Shown piece by piece: positions 11,684 through 24,207 of a DNA stretch of 64,000 nucleotides; the stretch's first letter is position 1, and every line of letters begins with the position of its first letter. A program made the position numbers and the translations under genes. The stretch spans positions 768,001 to 832,000 of the forward strand of contig CAVSAC010000010.1 in assembly GCA_963725865.1 (NCBI GenBank), in the 5' to 3' direction. Below the pieces are notes generated by a model. It made no database searches, had not been told where the DNA came from, and was given only the letters and a program-made list of their open reading frames with translations. The DNA comes from Candidatus Eiseniibacteriota bacterium. GTDB lineage: Bacteria > Eisenbacteria > RBG-16-71-46.

Positions 11684-12499
11684 TCACGAGCGCAGGCCCT
11701 CGAACAGGTCGGTCTCGCTCCGGCGCCCGCCGTTGACGGTGCTGACGATTCGGTAGAAGTGCTGGCGGCCCCACAGCGCCTCGTGCCCCGCCGGCGAGAG
11801 GTGGCGCAGCTTCTCGTAGTTCGCGATCTGGGAATCGTGACAGGCGACCGCGCGCCACACCGTCTCCCAGTGCGCGTGCGTGTCGATCACGGTGGTGATC
11901 GACCAGTCGGGCCACGGGCGGGACTCGCGCTCGACGCCGTCCACCATCGAGGTCAGGCGCTTGAACGCCTCCTGGTGCGCGTCCATCGCCGACGCGGGCC
12001 ACGCCATGTGGTAGAGCTTCGCGACCGCATGCGGCACCGCGTCCGCACCGTCCGCGAACGCGGGGTCGGCCGCCGCGACTGCGGCGGCGGTCGCGAACTG
12101 CGAGATCGCGATGTGGTCGGGATGGCCGTAGCCGCCGAGCGCGTCGAACGTGAGCACCACGTGCGGGCGGTGCCGTCGCAGCTCGGCCACGATGCGGCCG
12201 ATCGCCTCGCGCGGATCCGCCTGGTCGAGCTCGCCGTCGAGGTAGCCGAGCAGCGCCAGCTCGCGGACCCCGAGGACCGCCACCGCGGCTCGCAGCTCGC
12301 GCTCGCGGATGCGGCCGAGCTCCGTCGGGCCCGGGTGCCCGGGGCCCGCGCGATGCTCGCGGAAGCGTCCGCGCTCGCCGCGCGTGGCCGTCACCAGAAA
12401 CGTCTCCACGCCCTCGGCGGCGTAGCGCGCCAGCGTGCCGCCGACGCCGAGGGATTCGTCATCCGGATGCGCGAGCACCGCCATGAGGCGCAGTGCCAT
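11684..12499 (-). CDS. PIG-L family deacetylase (MshB/BshB-like)
   Basis: AHPDDE and GGYGHPDH metal-binding motifs; also ATRGERG. Confidence 0.9.
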   Translation of the reverse strand: MALRLMAVLAHPDDESLGVGGTLARYAAEGVETFLVTATRGERGRFREHRAGPGHPGPTELGRIRERELRAAVAVLGVRELALLGYLDGELDQADPREAIGRIVAELRRHRPHVVLTFDALGGYGHPDHIAISQFATAAAVAAADPAFADGADAVPHAVAKLYHMAWPASAMDAHQEAFKRLTSMVDGVERESRPWPDWSITTVIDTHAHWETVWRAVACHDSQIANYEKLRHLSPAGHEALWGRQHFYRIVSTVNGGRRSETDLFEGLRS

Positions 12500-12560
12500 C
12501 GATCAACTCCTTTCCGCGGCCCCGTTACCCGTGTGTCCGCGCCGCGCATCGCGCGCCGCG

Positions 12561-14420
12561 CTATCTCGCCAGCAGGCCGCCGACGACCAGCAGCGCCACC
12601 AGCACGCCCATCAGGCTCTCGCCCGCGATCAGCCCGCTGCTCACCGGAACCACGTAGCGCGCCGCGAACTCCGGCCGCCCGCGGCGCAGCAGCATCGCGA
12701 TCAGCGCGCCGGCGAACATGGCGAACGAGTTGCTGGCGGGCAGCACCATCGCGATCCCCAGCCCCGCCGGCGAGGGCACGAAGGTCTTCAGGCGCGCGGG
12801 CGCCACGCGCTCCATCACCGCGAGCGCCACGCCCAGCAGCAGGCCCGCGACCATGCCCGTGCGCGCGAGCGGATCGAGCCGGCCGATCCCGCCGGCGAAC
12901 GCCTCCGAGACGCCGGCCCACACCAGGCACGAGGGCGCCGGCCACGCGTCGCTGCCGAGCACGGTGGGATCCGGGATCAGCACGTTGAACGCGGGCACCA
13001 CGACCGCCGCGCCGGCCAGCACGCCGAACAGCTGCGCGTAGAACTGCACGCGCGGACTGGCGCCCAGCAGCCACCCGGTCTTGAGCGTGGTGAGCAGGTC
13101 GGCCGCGTGCAGCCCGATCCCGCCGGTGACGTTCGCGCTCATGATGTTGCCCGACAGGTTGCCGGGCGTGATCACGCCGTACACCAGTTGCGTGACCGGG
13201 CCGAGCGCCTTGGTGGGCGTGATGTCGGTCTCGCCGGTCACGCGCGCCGCCACGAAGCCCATCACCACCGCCAGCGGCACCGCGATCACGCCCGCCCACC
13301 ACGGGATGTGGAACAGCCACGTCATGAGCAGCACCACGATCGGCCCCAGCGCCACGAAGCCGGCGGGGAACCACCAGCCCGGGCACTCCACCGCGTCCAG
13401 CGGGTCCGCAGGCCCGCCCGCGGGGCGCCGCGACCACAGGCTGCCGAGGCCGGCGAACGAACGCGCCACGCTCCGCCAGTCGAGCGCGAACGAGGTCAGC
13501 CCCGAGGCGACCAGGATCGCGGCCCCCGGCCACACCGTCCAGCCCGCGATCGCCTTGTAGCTCACGTTCGCCACCGCGCCCTGGGCGACCAGCGCCGGCG
13601 CGAGCGTGGCGTACGTGAGCACGCCGCCGAGCAGCATCGACCACGTGGTCCGGAAGCTCATCAGCGCGCCCGCGCCCAGCAGCACCACCTCGGTCTTGAT
13701 CGCCAGCGTCCAGTCGGCCGCCGGACGCCCGGCGATCGTGAACGGCAGCGGGAACGCGGCGGGCAGGTTCGGATAGGGCAGCCACGCCGCGCGGGCGTCG
13801 CGCAGCCACGCGAGCGCCGCCGCGAACAGCGCGGCGAGGCCGAGCGCGCGCGCCTGCCGCGCGCCCTCGCCGACGTCCGCCGCGCCCTCCTCGCCGTGGA
13901 TCGCCCGCAGGGTCACGGCCGTGGCGGTGCCGGTCGGGAACGCGAGGGCCTCGCGGTTGATGAGCTGGCGCTTGATCGGGATCGCGGTGAACACCCCGAG
14001 CGCCGCGATGCACCCGAACCACGCGATCATCGGGACCTGCGGCGGACGCACCGCGGTCACCATCAGCAGCGCGCCGAACGCCGCCATGTTGCCGCCGCCC
14101 GTCATGTACCCGGCGCCCGAGGCGACCGTGGTGAGCGCGTTGTTCTCGAGCGCGGTCAGCGGCGCCCGCGAGAGGCGCAGCGCCGCCAGCAGGCGGAACA
14201 GCGCGAACGCCAGTATCGCCGCGGTGATGGTCACTCCCATCGACCAGCCGGTCTTGAAGAACACGTAGAGGTTGGACAAACACATGACCACGCCGATCGC
14301 CATCCCGCCGAGCACCGCGCGCACGGTGAGCTGGGCGGTGCCGGGGCGGTAGGTGTGGGCGAGCCAGTGGCGCTCGTCGCTCGTGCTCGCTGGCTCGCGC
14401 GGGTCGCGCGGATCGCTCAT
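12561..14420 (-). CDS. OPT family oligopeptide transporter
   Basis: QLTVRAV, LENN, FPTGTATA, GETDITP, DLLTTLKTG and SGLIAGES motifs; many TM helices. Confidence 0.9.
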   Translation of the reverse strand: MSDPRDPREPASTSDERHWLAHTYRPGTAQLTVRAVLGGMAIGVVMCLSNLYVFFKTGWSMGVTITAAILAFALFRLLAALRLSRAPLTALENNALTTVASGAGYMTGGGNMAAFGALLMVTAVRPPQVPMIAWFGCIAALGVFTAIPIKRQLINREALAFPTGTATAVTLRAIHGEEGAADVGEGARQARALGLAALFAAALAWLRDARAAWLPYPNLPAAFPLPFTIAGRPAADWTLAIKTEVVLLGAGALMSFRTTWSMLLGGVLTYATLAPALVAQGAVANVSYKAIAGWTVWPGAAILVASGLTSFALDWRSVARSFAGLGSLWSRRPAGGPADPLDAVECPGWWFPAGFVALGPIVVLLMTWLFHIPWWAGVIAVPLAVVMGFVAARVTGETDITPTKALGPVTQLVYGVITPGNLSGNIMSANVTGGIGLHAADLLTTLKTGWLLGASPRVQFYAQLFGVLAGAAVVVPAFNVLIPDPTVLGSDAWPAPSCLVWAGVSEAFAGGIGRLDPLARTGMVAGLLLGVALAVMERVAPARLKTFVPSPAGLGIAMVLPASNSFAMFAGALIAMLLRRGRPEFAARYVVPVSSGLIAGESLMGVLVALLVVGGLLAR

Positions 14421-14615
14421 GCGGTCCTCGGGGATCGGCAGGCGTCGTGGGACGGGATGCCGGCGCGACGCGCCGCCGGGCGCGCGGAGACTACACTGGC
14501 GACCGGGTCCCGATCAGCGCTTTTCGACACCGCGGGACTCGGGCGCGACGCGGGCCGCGCTCTCACGCGGCCCGCTCACTGGAGCACCACCCTGCGGCGC
14601 ACGCCGCGCGCCGCG

Positions 14616-16734
14616 CTACTTGAGCCCGCGCCGCTCCAGCAGCGGATCGACCGACGGCTCGCGGCCTCGGAAGCGCCGGTAGAGCGCCATCGCGTCCTCG
14701 CTCCCGCCGCGCTCGAGCAGCGTGCGGAACGCGCGCGCGGTCGCGGGGTCGAACAGCCCGCGCTCCTTGAACGCCTGGAACGCGTCGGCGTCGAGCACCT
14801 CGGCCCACACGTAGCTGTAGTAGCCCGCCGAGTAGCCGCCCGCGAAGACGTGCTGGAAGTAGGGCGAGCGGTAGCGCGGCACGATGGTGGCGGGCATGCC
14901 GATGTCCTTCATCGCGCGGTCCTCGAACGCGGTCACGTCCAGCGCGCCCACCGGGCTCGCGAGCGTGTGCCACTTCATGTCGAGCAGCGACGCGGCGAGG
15001 TACTCGGTGGTGGCGAAGCCCTGGTCGAACTTCTGCGCCGCCTTGATCCGCTCGACCAGCGCCGCGGGGATCACCTCGCCGGTCTGCCAGTGCTTGGCGT
15101 AGACCGCGAGCACCTCGGGCTCGAGCGCCCAGTTCTCCATGATCTGGCTCGGCAGCTCGACGAAGTCCTGCGGCACGTTCGCCACCCCGTGGTAGCGCAC
15201 CTGCGAGAGCATCGCGTGCAGGCAGTGGCCGAACTCGTGGAACAGCGTCTGCGCCTCGTCCAGCGACAGCAGCGCCGGCGCGTCGCCCGCGGGGCGCGAG
15301 AAGTTGCACACGTTCACCACCACCGGCGCGGTCCGCACGCCGTCCTGCACGACCGCCTCGCGGTACTCGCTCGACCAGGCGCCGCCCCGCTTGCCGGCGC
15401 GCGGGTGATAGTCGACGTAGAACACCGCCAGGTGCGAGCCGTCGGTGTCCTTCACCTCGAACGCCTTCACCTCCGGGTGGTAGACCGGCAGGTCCGGGCG
15501 CTCGACGAACGTCACGCCGTAGAGCCGGTTCGCGACCCAGAACGCGCCCTGCCGCACGTTGTCGAGCGTGAAGTAGGGCCGCAGCGCGCCCTCGTCGAGG
15601 TCGTAGCGCGCCTTGCGGATCCGCTCGGTGTAGTAGAACCAGTCGTACGGCTGGAGCGCGAAGTCCTGCCCGTCCGCGCGGATCGCGGCCTGCAGGTCGG
15701 TCGCCTCGCGCGCCGCCACCGCCTTGGCCGGACCCCACAGTCGCTCGAGCAGCCCGTCCACCTGGGCCGGCGTCTTCGCCATGTTCTCGGCCAGCACGTA
15801 GTCGGCGTGGCTCGGGAAGCCCAGCAGCTTCGCGCGCTCGGCGCGCAGCGTCACGATGCGCGCGAGCACCGCCTTGTTGTCGTTCGCGTCGCCGTGATCG
15901 GCGCGGGTGGTGTAGGCCGGTGAAGATCCGCCGGCGCAGCTCGCGGTTGTCGGCGTACTGCAGGAACGGCCACAGGCTCGGCGCCTGCAGCGTGAACAGC
16001 CACTTGCCGCGCTGGCCCGCCTGCTCGGCGGCCGTGGCGGCGCCGGCCACCACGCGCTCGGGCAGCCCCGCGAGGTCCTTCGGGTCGGTGATCAGCAACT
16101 GGAACGCGTTGGTCTCGCTCAGCAGGTGGTCGCGGAACGTGACCGAGAGCCCGGCCAGCTCGGTGTTGATCGCCCGCAGTCGCGCCTTGCCCGCGGCGTT
16201 CAGCAGCGCGCCGCCACGCACGAAGTCCTTGTACGTGTTCTCGAGCAGCCGCGCCTGATCGGGCTCCAGCGCGCGCTTCGAGCGCGTGTCCCACACCGCC
16301 TTCACGCGCCGGAACAGCGCGGCGTCGAGGGCGATGTCGTCGCGGTGCGCCGCCATCATCGGCGCGGTCTCCTGGGCGATCGCCTGGAGCCCCGGCGTGG
16401 TCTCGGCGCTGGTCAGGTTGCCGAACACCGCGCTGACGCGCGCGAGCAGCTCGCCCGAGCGGTCGAGCGCCACGATGGTGTTCTCGAACGTCGGCGCCTG
16501 GCGCGAAGCGACGATCGCCTTGACCTCGGCGGTGTGGCGCGCGATCGCCTCGCGGTACGCGGGCAGGAAGTGCGCCTCGCGGATCTGGTCGAACGGCGGC
16601 ACGCCGAACGGCGTGGTCCACTCGGCCAGCAACGGGTTGGCCATCGCGGTTTCCGCGGCGGCGGACTGGGCCGTCGCGGGGAGGGCGACGAACAGGGACA
16701 GGAGCGCGATCGGGATCGAGAGTCGGCGGCGCAT
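14616..16734 (-). CDS. M3 family metallopeptidase (peptidyl-dipeptidase Dcp-like), secreted; one +1 frameshift near 15918
   Basis: Signal peptide, NPLL..W.TPFGVPPFD, FHEFGH (HEXXH), DFVELPSQIMEN and GYSAGYYSYVW. The two halves join by removing one base (IFT-AYTTRADHGD). Confidence 0.88.
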
Positions 16735-16892
16735 CGGAGCGACCTCCACGGATGGTTGCGGCGGCGGGCGGGCGGGTCCAAGCCCGGTCCGCACCCACGC
16801 CCACGCCACGGTAGCAGGCCGGGCCGCCGGCCGCCCCCTCGGCACGGCGCGACTCGGACGAGCGCGGTCGGAGGGCGAGCGGGCGCGGCGGC

Positions 16893-17252
16893 TCAGCGCT
16901 CCGCAGCGCCCCCCGTGCGGCCGAAGCGCGCGCGCAGCCGCGGGTGCTCGAGCAGCGCGGCGGCCGCCAGCGCCACCAGCGCGACCGCCCCGAGGATGAG
17001 GCCCATGCGCAGCCACGGCTGGCCGCGCGCCTGGCGCTCGGCCGCCGATCCGACGAGCGTGCGCACCCACTCGGCGGCGTCCGCGAGCAGCGCGACCTGC
17101 AGCACGCGGACGGCCCACGGCCGTCGCACCCACAGCAGCGCGAACAGCGCCAGCGCGAGCAGCACCAGCACGAGCTGACCGTGGAAGAGGAGGTGCGCGC
17201 CCATCACCAGCACGCTCAGTCCCACCAGCGACAACGTGAGAGCGGTCCGCAT
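16893..17252 (-). CDS. Small hypothetical membrane protein (119 aa)
   Basis: About four hydrophobic segments with a GQPWLRMGLILG motif; codon usage matches the genome. Confidence 0.65.
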   Translation of the reverse strand: MRTALTLSLVGLSVLVMGAHLLFHGQLVLVLLALALFALLWVRRPWAVRVLQVALLADAAEWVRTLVGSAAERQARGQPWLRMGLILGAVALVALAAAALLEHPRLRARFGRTGGAAER

Positions 17253-17419
17253 GGCGACGGAGTCTAGTCGCTCCGCCGCGCGGGAGCACCCTCACCACGC
17301 CGCGCATGCGTGGGCGGCTGCTGTCACCGCGCCTTTGACGCGGCCGTTCGCGTGCGTCAGATTGCCGCCCATGCGCCTCATCCCCGCCCGCGATCGCCGC
17401 GCGCGCGCGCGCCGGCTCC

Positions 17420-18871
17420 ATGCACGCAGCGCCTGAGCCGCTGTCGGCCGCGACCGCGCGCCGCTGGCTCGCGCTGATCCTGCTCGCGAGCGTGCTCGGA
17501 CACTTCTACCGGATCGGCGCGCCGCCGAGCGGCTTCCACACCTGGCGCGAGTGCGACACCGCGGCGGTCTCCGAGGCGTTCCTGCGCGAGACCTCGAACC
17601 TGTTCGAGCCGCGCACCCACCAGCGCGGCGCCACCTCGGGCGTCACCGGCATGGAGTTCCCGATCTACAACTACGCGGTCGCGCAGCTGTGGCGGCTCGC
17701 GGGCCAGCATCACTGGGTGCCGCGCGCGCTGTCGCTGGCGCTCGGCACGGTGGGCCTGGTCGGCGTGTACGCGCTCGGCGGCCTGCTGCTCGGCCGTCGC
17801 GCGGCGCTCGCGGCGGCGTTCTTCGCGGCGTGCTCGCCGCTGTACTTCTTCTACAGCCGCAAGATCCAACCCGACGTGCTGCTGCCCGCGGCGACCACGT
17901 GGGCGCTCTATCTGTTCCTGCGCGGCGAGGCGCGCGGCTCCCGTCGCGACTTCGCGGGCGCGCTCGCGCTCGTCACGCTCGCCGCGATGGTCAAGCCGAC
18001 CGCGCTCGCGGTCGGGGTGCCGATCCTGGCGTGGACGCTCGGGCGTGCGTCCGGCGCGCGCCCGCTCTCCCGCCTGCGCCCGCGCCACGTGCTGTTCGCC
18101 GTGGTGGCGCTGGGTGCGCCGATCGCGTGGTTCGCGTACGCGCGGCTGCTCGCGGATCGCTCGGGGCTGCACGCGTTCTACCTCGGCGGCGACCTGTTGG
18201 CGCTGTGGCGCCGCACGCACTGGGACCTGTTCGTGAGCAAGGGTCTGATCAGCTGGCCGCTCGAGCTGGGCCTTGGCCTGCCCGCGGTGGCCGCGATCGC
18301 CGGCGGGCTGCTGGTGCGGCGGCGCTTCGATCCGCGCCTCGCCCCCGCGCTCTGGTGGCTGCTCGGCTGCCTCGGCGCGTTCCTGCTGGTCTCGGAGGCG
18401 GTCACCAACTACCACGACTACTACGGGCTGATCGCGGTGCCGCCGTTCGCGCTGCTGACCGCGTCGGCGCTCGAGAGCCTGGCGGATTCGCCGCGCCGCG
18501 TGGCGCGCGCGTTCGCGGTGATCGTGCTGGTGGCGGCGCCGCTGGTGACGTGGGGCCGCATCCACCAGCGCTACGGCACCGCGACCGAGCGCGAGTTCGT
18601 GGCGCTGCGCGCGGTGGTCGACGCGTGCGTGCCCCGCGCCGCGCGCATCACGGCCGAGGACGAGACTCCGGCGATCGCGCTCTATCGGCTCGGACGGCCG
18701 GGGTGGACGTTCGCGCCCGGGGATCCCGACGCGCGGCTGCTGGAGCAGCACGCGGCCGGCGCCAGCCACGCGGTGTTCTTTCGCCGGGTGCCCTCGGATT
18801 CGCTCGCGGCGCGCCTCGAGGTGGTGCACCGCGATTCGCAGCTCACGATCGCGCGCTTCCGCGACCGCTGA
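17420..18871 (+). CDS. GT-C fold glycosyltransferase (ArnT/GT39 PMT_2-like)
   Basis: N-terminal HTWRECDTA periplasmic loop, MEFPIY and YSRKIQPD; multiple TM helices. Confidence 0.8.
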   Translation: MHAAPEPLSAATARRWLALILLASVLGHFYRIGAPPSGFHTWRECDTAAVSEAFLRETSNLFEPRTHQRGATSGVTGMEFPIYNYAVAQLWRLAGQHHWVPRALSLALGTVGLVGVYALGGLLLGRRAALAAAFFAACSPLYFFYSRKIQPDVLLPAATTWALYLFLRGEARGSRRDFAGALALVTLAAMVKPTALAVGVPILAWTLGRASGARPLSRLRPRHVLFAVVALGAPIAWFAYARLLADRSGLHAFYLGGDLLALWRRTHWDLFVSKGLISWPLELGLGLPAVAAIAGGLLVRRRFDPRLAPALWWLLGCLGAFLLVSEAVTNYHDYYGLIAVPPFALLTASALESLADSPRRVARAFAVIVLVAAPLVTWGRIHQRYGTATEREFVALRAVVDACVPRAARITAEDETPAIALYRLGRPGWTFAPGDPDARLLEQHAAGASHAVFFRRVPSDSLAARLEVVHRDSQLTIARFRDR

Positions 18872-18916
18872 GAGCGGGCGCGTTCCGTCGCCGGCCGGGG
18901 GTGTGGCCGCGCGGGT

Positions 18917-19135
18917 TCAGACGTCGACGTCGCTCTCGTCCGCCGGCGCTTCGGCCAGCGGGTCCGCGGGCGGACCATCGAGCGGCTCGAGCGACTCGAT
19001 CGCGTCGGTGTCGGGTCCGCCCTCCGCCTTCGCCTGCTTGCGGAGGCGCTTCGCCTCGCGCTTCTCGGCCGCGCGCGCCAGCCGGGTCTGCTCCTTCTGT
19101 CGCTTCAGGAATGACGGTCTCTGATGGCCTGCCAG
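18917..19135 (-). CDS. Small basic/acidic bipartite protein (72 aa) with probable CTG start; absent from the ORF track
   Basis: GAGAGGAG RBS, 6 nt, then CTG. Translation (M)AGHQRPSFLKRQKEQTRLARAAEKREAKRLRKQAKAEGGPDTDAIESLEPLDGPPADPLAEAPADESDVDV*, with GC3-rich codons. Confidence 0.7.
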   Translation of the reverse strand: MAGHQRPSFLKRQKEQTRLARAAEKREAKRLRKQAKAEGGPDTDAIESLEPLDGPPADPLAEAPADESDVDV

Positions 19136-19484
19136 GATGGGCTCCTCTCGCGCGCTCGGCGGCGGTGAGCGCAGGGTGTTGGGTCCGGCCGCGGGCCGGC
19201 CCGAGCCGCATCATCGCAGACTCCGGCCGCGGACGCACGCGCGGGCGGTCGACCGCCCAAGCCGGTGCGCCGCAGGCCGGCACCCGGCCCGCGCCCGGCC
19301 TGCGCCGGCCCCGCTCCGCACGGTTCCCCGTGCAGGCTGCATGACTCGGCGCGCGGCGTCACCCGCCACGCGGGCCGCGAACGTTCACGCGCCGACGCGA
19401 GAATGCGCGGGCGCGCATGGGCACCCCGATTGCATGCTCCGACCGCGGCCGGCGCCGCGATCCCGCCGGCCAGGGAGCGCTGCC

Positions 19485-21462
19485 ATGACGACCCGCCCGC
19501 ATTCCGCCGCGAGATCCCTCGCGCGCCTCGCTCGACTCGCCGCGCCGCCGCTGCTCGCCGCGATCCCGCTCGTGCCCGCACTCCCCGCGCACGCCGCACC
19601 CGTCGAGGTGACCGTCAGCCCGGCGCTCGACCGCCACCCGGTCAGCCCGCTGATCTACGGCGTGAACTACGGCGACGCGACCGAGTTCTCCGATCTGCCG
19701 TACCCGGTGCGCCGCTGGGGCGGCAACTCCACCACGCGCTACTCGTGGCAGCTCGACACCCACAACACCGGCTCCGACTGGTTCTTCATGAACATCCCCT
19801 CGGGCATCGCGAACCCCGCGGCGCTTCCCGACGGCTCCGAGGCCGACCTGTTCATCGCCGAGACCCGCGGCGCCGGCGCGGAGGTGGTGCTCACCATCCC
19901 CACCATCGGCTGGACGCCGCGCGAGCGCTCGAAGCGCTGGGGCTTCTCGGTCGCCGAGTACGGCGCGCAGACCGCAGACCGAGTGCACCGCGACCGGCGG
20001 CGCGTTCTGGTGCATGGCCGACGCCGGCAACGGCACGCGCGCCTCGAACGGCCAGCCGATCACCGGCAACGACCCGCTCGACACCTCGGTGCCGGTGGGC
20101 CCCGACTTCGCGAGCGGCTGGATGAGCCACCTGACGTCGCGCTTCGGCACCGGCAACGGCGGCGGCGTGCGCTACCTGGCGCTCGACAACGAGCCCGCGC
20201 TCTGGAACAGCACGCATCGCGACGTGCACCCGAACCCGCTCACCTACGACGAGCTGTGGCAGCGCACGCTCGACTACGCGAGCGCGCTCAAGGCCAGCGA
20301 TCCGACCGCGCAGGTGATGGGCCCGGTGTCGTGGGGCTGGTGCGAGTACTTCCACTCGGCCGCCGACGGCTGCACCGCCGGCGCCGATCAGGCCGCGCAC
20401 GGCGGACTGGCGCTGACCGACTGGTACCTGAAGCAGGTGCACGACCACCAGATCGCGACCGGCGTGCGGCTGGTGGACCTGCTCGACATCCACTACTACC
20501 CGCAGGACGGCTCGGCGCTCAACGACAACGAGGACGCCACCACCTCGGCGCGCCGGCTGCGCGAGCTGAAGAGCCTCTACGACCCGGCGTACACCGACGA
20601 GTCGTGGATCGGCCAGCCGGTGCGACTGATCCCGCGCATGAAGGGACTGATCGCCAGCCGCTGCCCGGGCATGGGCCTCGCCATCACCGAGTACAACTTC
20701 GGCGGCGACACCGGCATCTCGAGCGCGCTCGCGCAGGCCGAGGCGCTGGCGATCTTCGGCCGCGAGGGCGTGGACCTCGCGACTCGCTGGGTGGCGCCCA
20801 CCCACGGCAGCCGCGTGCAGGACGCGTTCCGGCTCTACCTCGACTACGACCACGCAGGGGCACGGGTGCGCGGGCAGAGCGTGCGCGCCGTCAGCTCGGG
20901 CGTCGACCGGATCGGCGCGTACGCGCTCGACGACGCGCCCGCGGGGCGGCTGTACGTGCTGCTGTTCAACAAGAGCACCGTGAGCGAGACCGCGCACCTG
21001 AGCGTGGCCGACGGGCTCGGCAGCGGCATCGCGCTGCACCGCTTCACCGCCGCCGCCGCACTGGCGCCGGCCGGCAGCGCGAGCCTGAGCGGCGGCGCCG
21101 TGGATCTGGCGTTGCCCGCGCGCTCGGCGACACTGGCGGTGATCACGCGCCCGGCCGCCGACGTGCCGCTCGCGGTCGGGCCGCGCTCGCCGCTCCAGTT
21201 GCGCGGATACCCGAACCCGTTCCGCCCGTCGACCACGCTGACGTTCGCACTGCCGAGTGCAGGCCACGCGCGGCTCGTGATCACCGACGTCGCCGGCCGC
21301 CGCGTGCGCACGCTGGTGGACGCGGAGCTTTCTGCGGGCGCGCACGACATCCCGTGGGACGGCCGTGACGACGCCGGCCAGCCCGTGCCGCAGGGCATGT
21401 TCCTGTGCCGGCTCATAGCGCTCGGCCTCAGCGTGGCGCACTGGGTGGTGCGGGTGCGGTAG
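19485..21462 (+). CDS. Secreted GH44-like endoglucanase with C-terminal FlgD/T9SS-A-like domain; one +1 frameshift near 19975
   Basis: SPLIYGVN, RRWGGNSTTRYSW, LDNEP (acid/base), LDIHYYPQ and AITEYN (nucleophile). C-terminal YPNPF...GRRVRTLVD...WDGRDDAG. Confidence 0.85.
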
Positions 21463-21464
21463 AG

Positions 21465-21510
21465 GCGGGGCGCTCGGCGGCTTCGAACCCCCCGGCGCGA
21501 TCCCCGCACC
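21465..21510 (+). terminator. GC-rich imperfect hairpin after the GH44 gene
   Basis: GCGGGG-CGC..CGG..ttcgaa..CCG.GCG..CCCCGC inverted repeat directly after the stop. Confidence 0.35.
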
Positions 21511-21759
21511 GGCCCCCCCGGGCCATCGCACATCGCACTTTTCCCAACCGGCCTGACGCCGTTCTGCGCTATCCTGTCCGCCGTCACGTCGCAGGACCTG
21601 CCCCCCACGGCGATCAGCGGCATCCTCTTGCTGCGCAACCTGGCTCCCGCCTTGGGGCTGCTCCGGCGACGGACTCGGCAGACCACGCCATCACTGCCGG
21701 GAGACCCGTGGCCCGTGAGCCCCGACTTGCCGGACGGATCTAGCAAGGAGGAGCGCACG

Positions 21760-23266
<1,507 letters not shown>

Positions 23267-23282
23267 GCACGCGAGGAGAACC

Positions 23283-24160
23283 ATGCCCCGGAAGGTGGTC
23301 GGTGGTCTGATCCAGTGCAGCAACCCGGTCAACGACGAGTCGCAGCCGGTCGAGAAGATCCAGCAGGCCGCACTCGACGAAGCACCTGACGATGGTCGAC
23401 GAGGCGGGCCAGCGCGGCGTGCAGATCCTCTGCCTGCAGGAGATCTTCAACGGCCCGTACTTCTGCCCCGGCCAGGACGCGCGCTGGTACGCCGCGGCCG
23501 AGGCAGTGCCCGGCCCCACCACCGAGGCGGTGGCGGCGGCGGCGAAGCGCCACCAGATGGCGGTGATCGTGCCCGTCTACGAGCGCGAGCAAGGCGGGGG
23601 TGTACTACAACACCGCCGCGGTCTACGACGCCGACGGCAGCTATCTCGGCAAGTACCGCAAGAACCACATCCCGCACACCTCGGGGTTCTGGGAGAAGTA
23701 CTTCTTCAAGCCCGGCAACCTCGGCTACCCGGTGTTCCAGACCCGCTACGCCAAGGTCGGCGTGTACATCTGCTACGACCGCCACTTCCCCGAGGGCGCG
23801 CGCCTGCTGGGGCTCAACGGCGCCGAGATCGTGTTCAACCCGAGCGCCACGGTGGCCGGGCTCTCGCAGTACCTGTGGAAGCTCGAGCAGCCGGCCCACG
23901 CGGTCGCGAACGGCTACTTCATGGGCTGCATCAACCGGGTCGGCACCGAGGCGCCGTGGAACATCGGCAAGTTCTACGGCAGCTCCTACTTCGTGGACCC
24001 GCGCGGCAACTTCCTCGCGACCGGCAGCGAGGACCAGGACGAGGTGGTGGTGGCCGAGATGGACCTCGACATGATCGAGGACGTGCGCCGCGTCTGGCAG
24101 TTCTACCGCGACCGGCGCCCGGAGACGTACCAGCCGCTGGCGGAGCTGGAGTCGTCGTAG
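23283..24160 (+). CDS. Nitrilase-family beta-ureidopropionase; two +1 frameshifts (~23378, ~23592)
   Basis: E-K-C triad motifs LCLQEIF, GKYRKNHIP and ICYDRHFPEG; FYRDRRPETY; sits in the pyrimidine operon. Confidence 0.85.
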
Positions 24161-24207
24161 GCCGCGGCCCGCGCACGCCGCGGGCCGGACACCTGGAGAG
24201 AGACTCG

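Noticed and set aside
21465..21510. Minus-strand GGGGG-TTCGAAG-CCGCC resembling a tRNA T-arm or an att-site remnant
   Set aside because: No D-arm, anticodon arm or CCA end, and no integrase nearby; better explained as a terminator-like hairpin.
21590..21712. Fragments reminiscent of a cobalamin riboswitch (CTGCCCCC, GCCGGGAGACC)
   Set aside because: Core elements and their order do not match, and the downstream genes are unrelated to B12.
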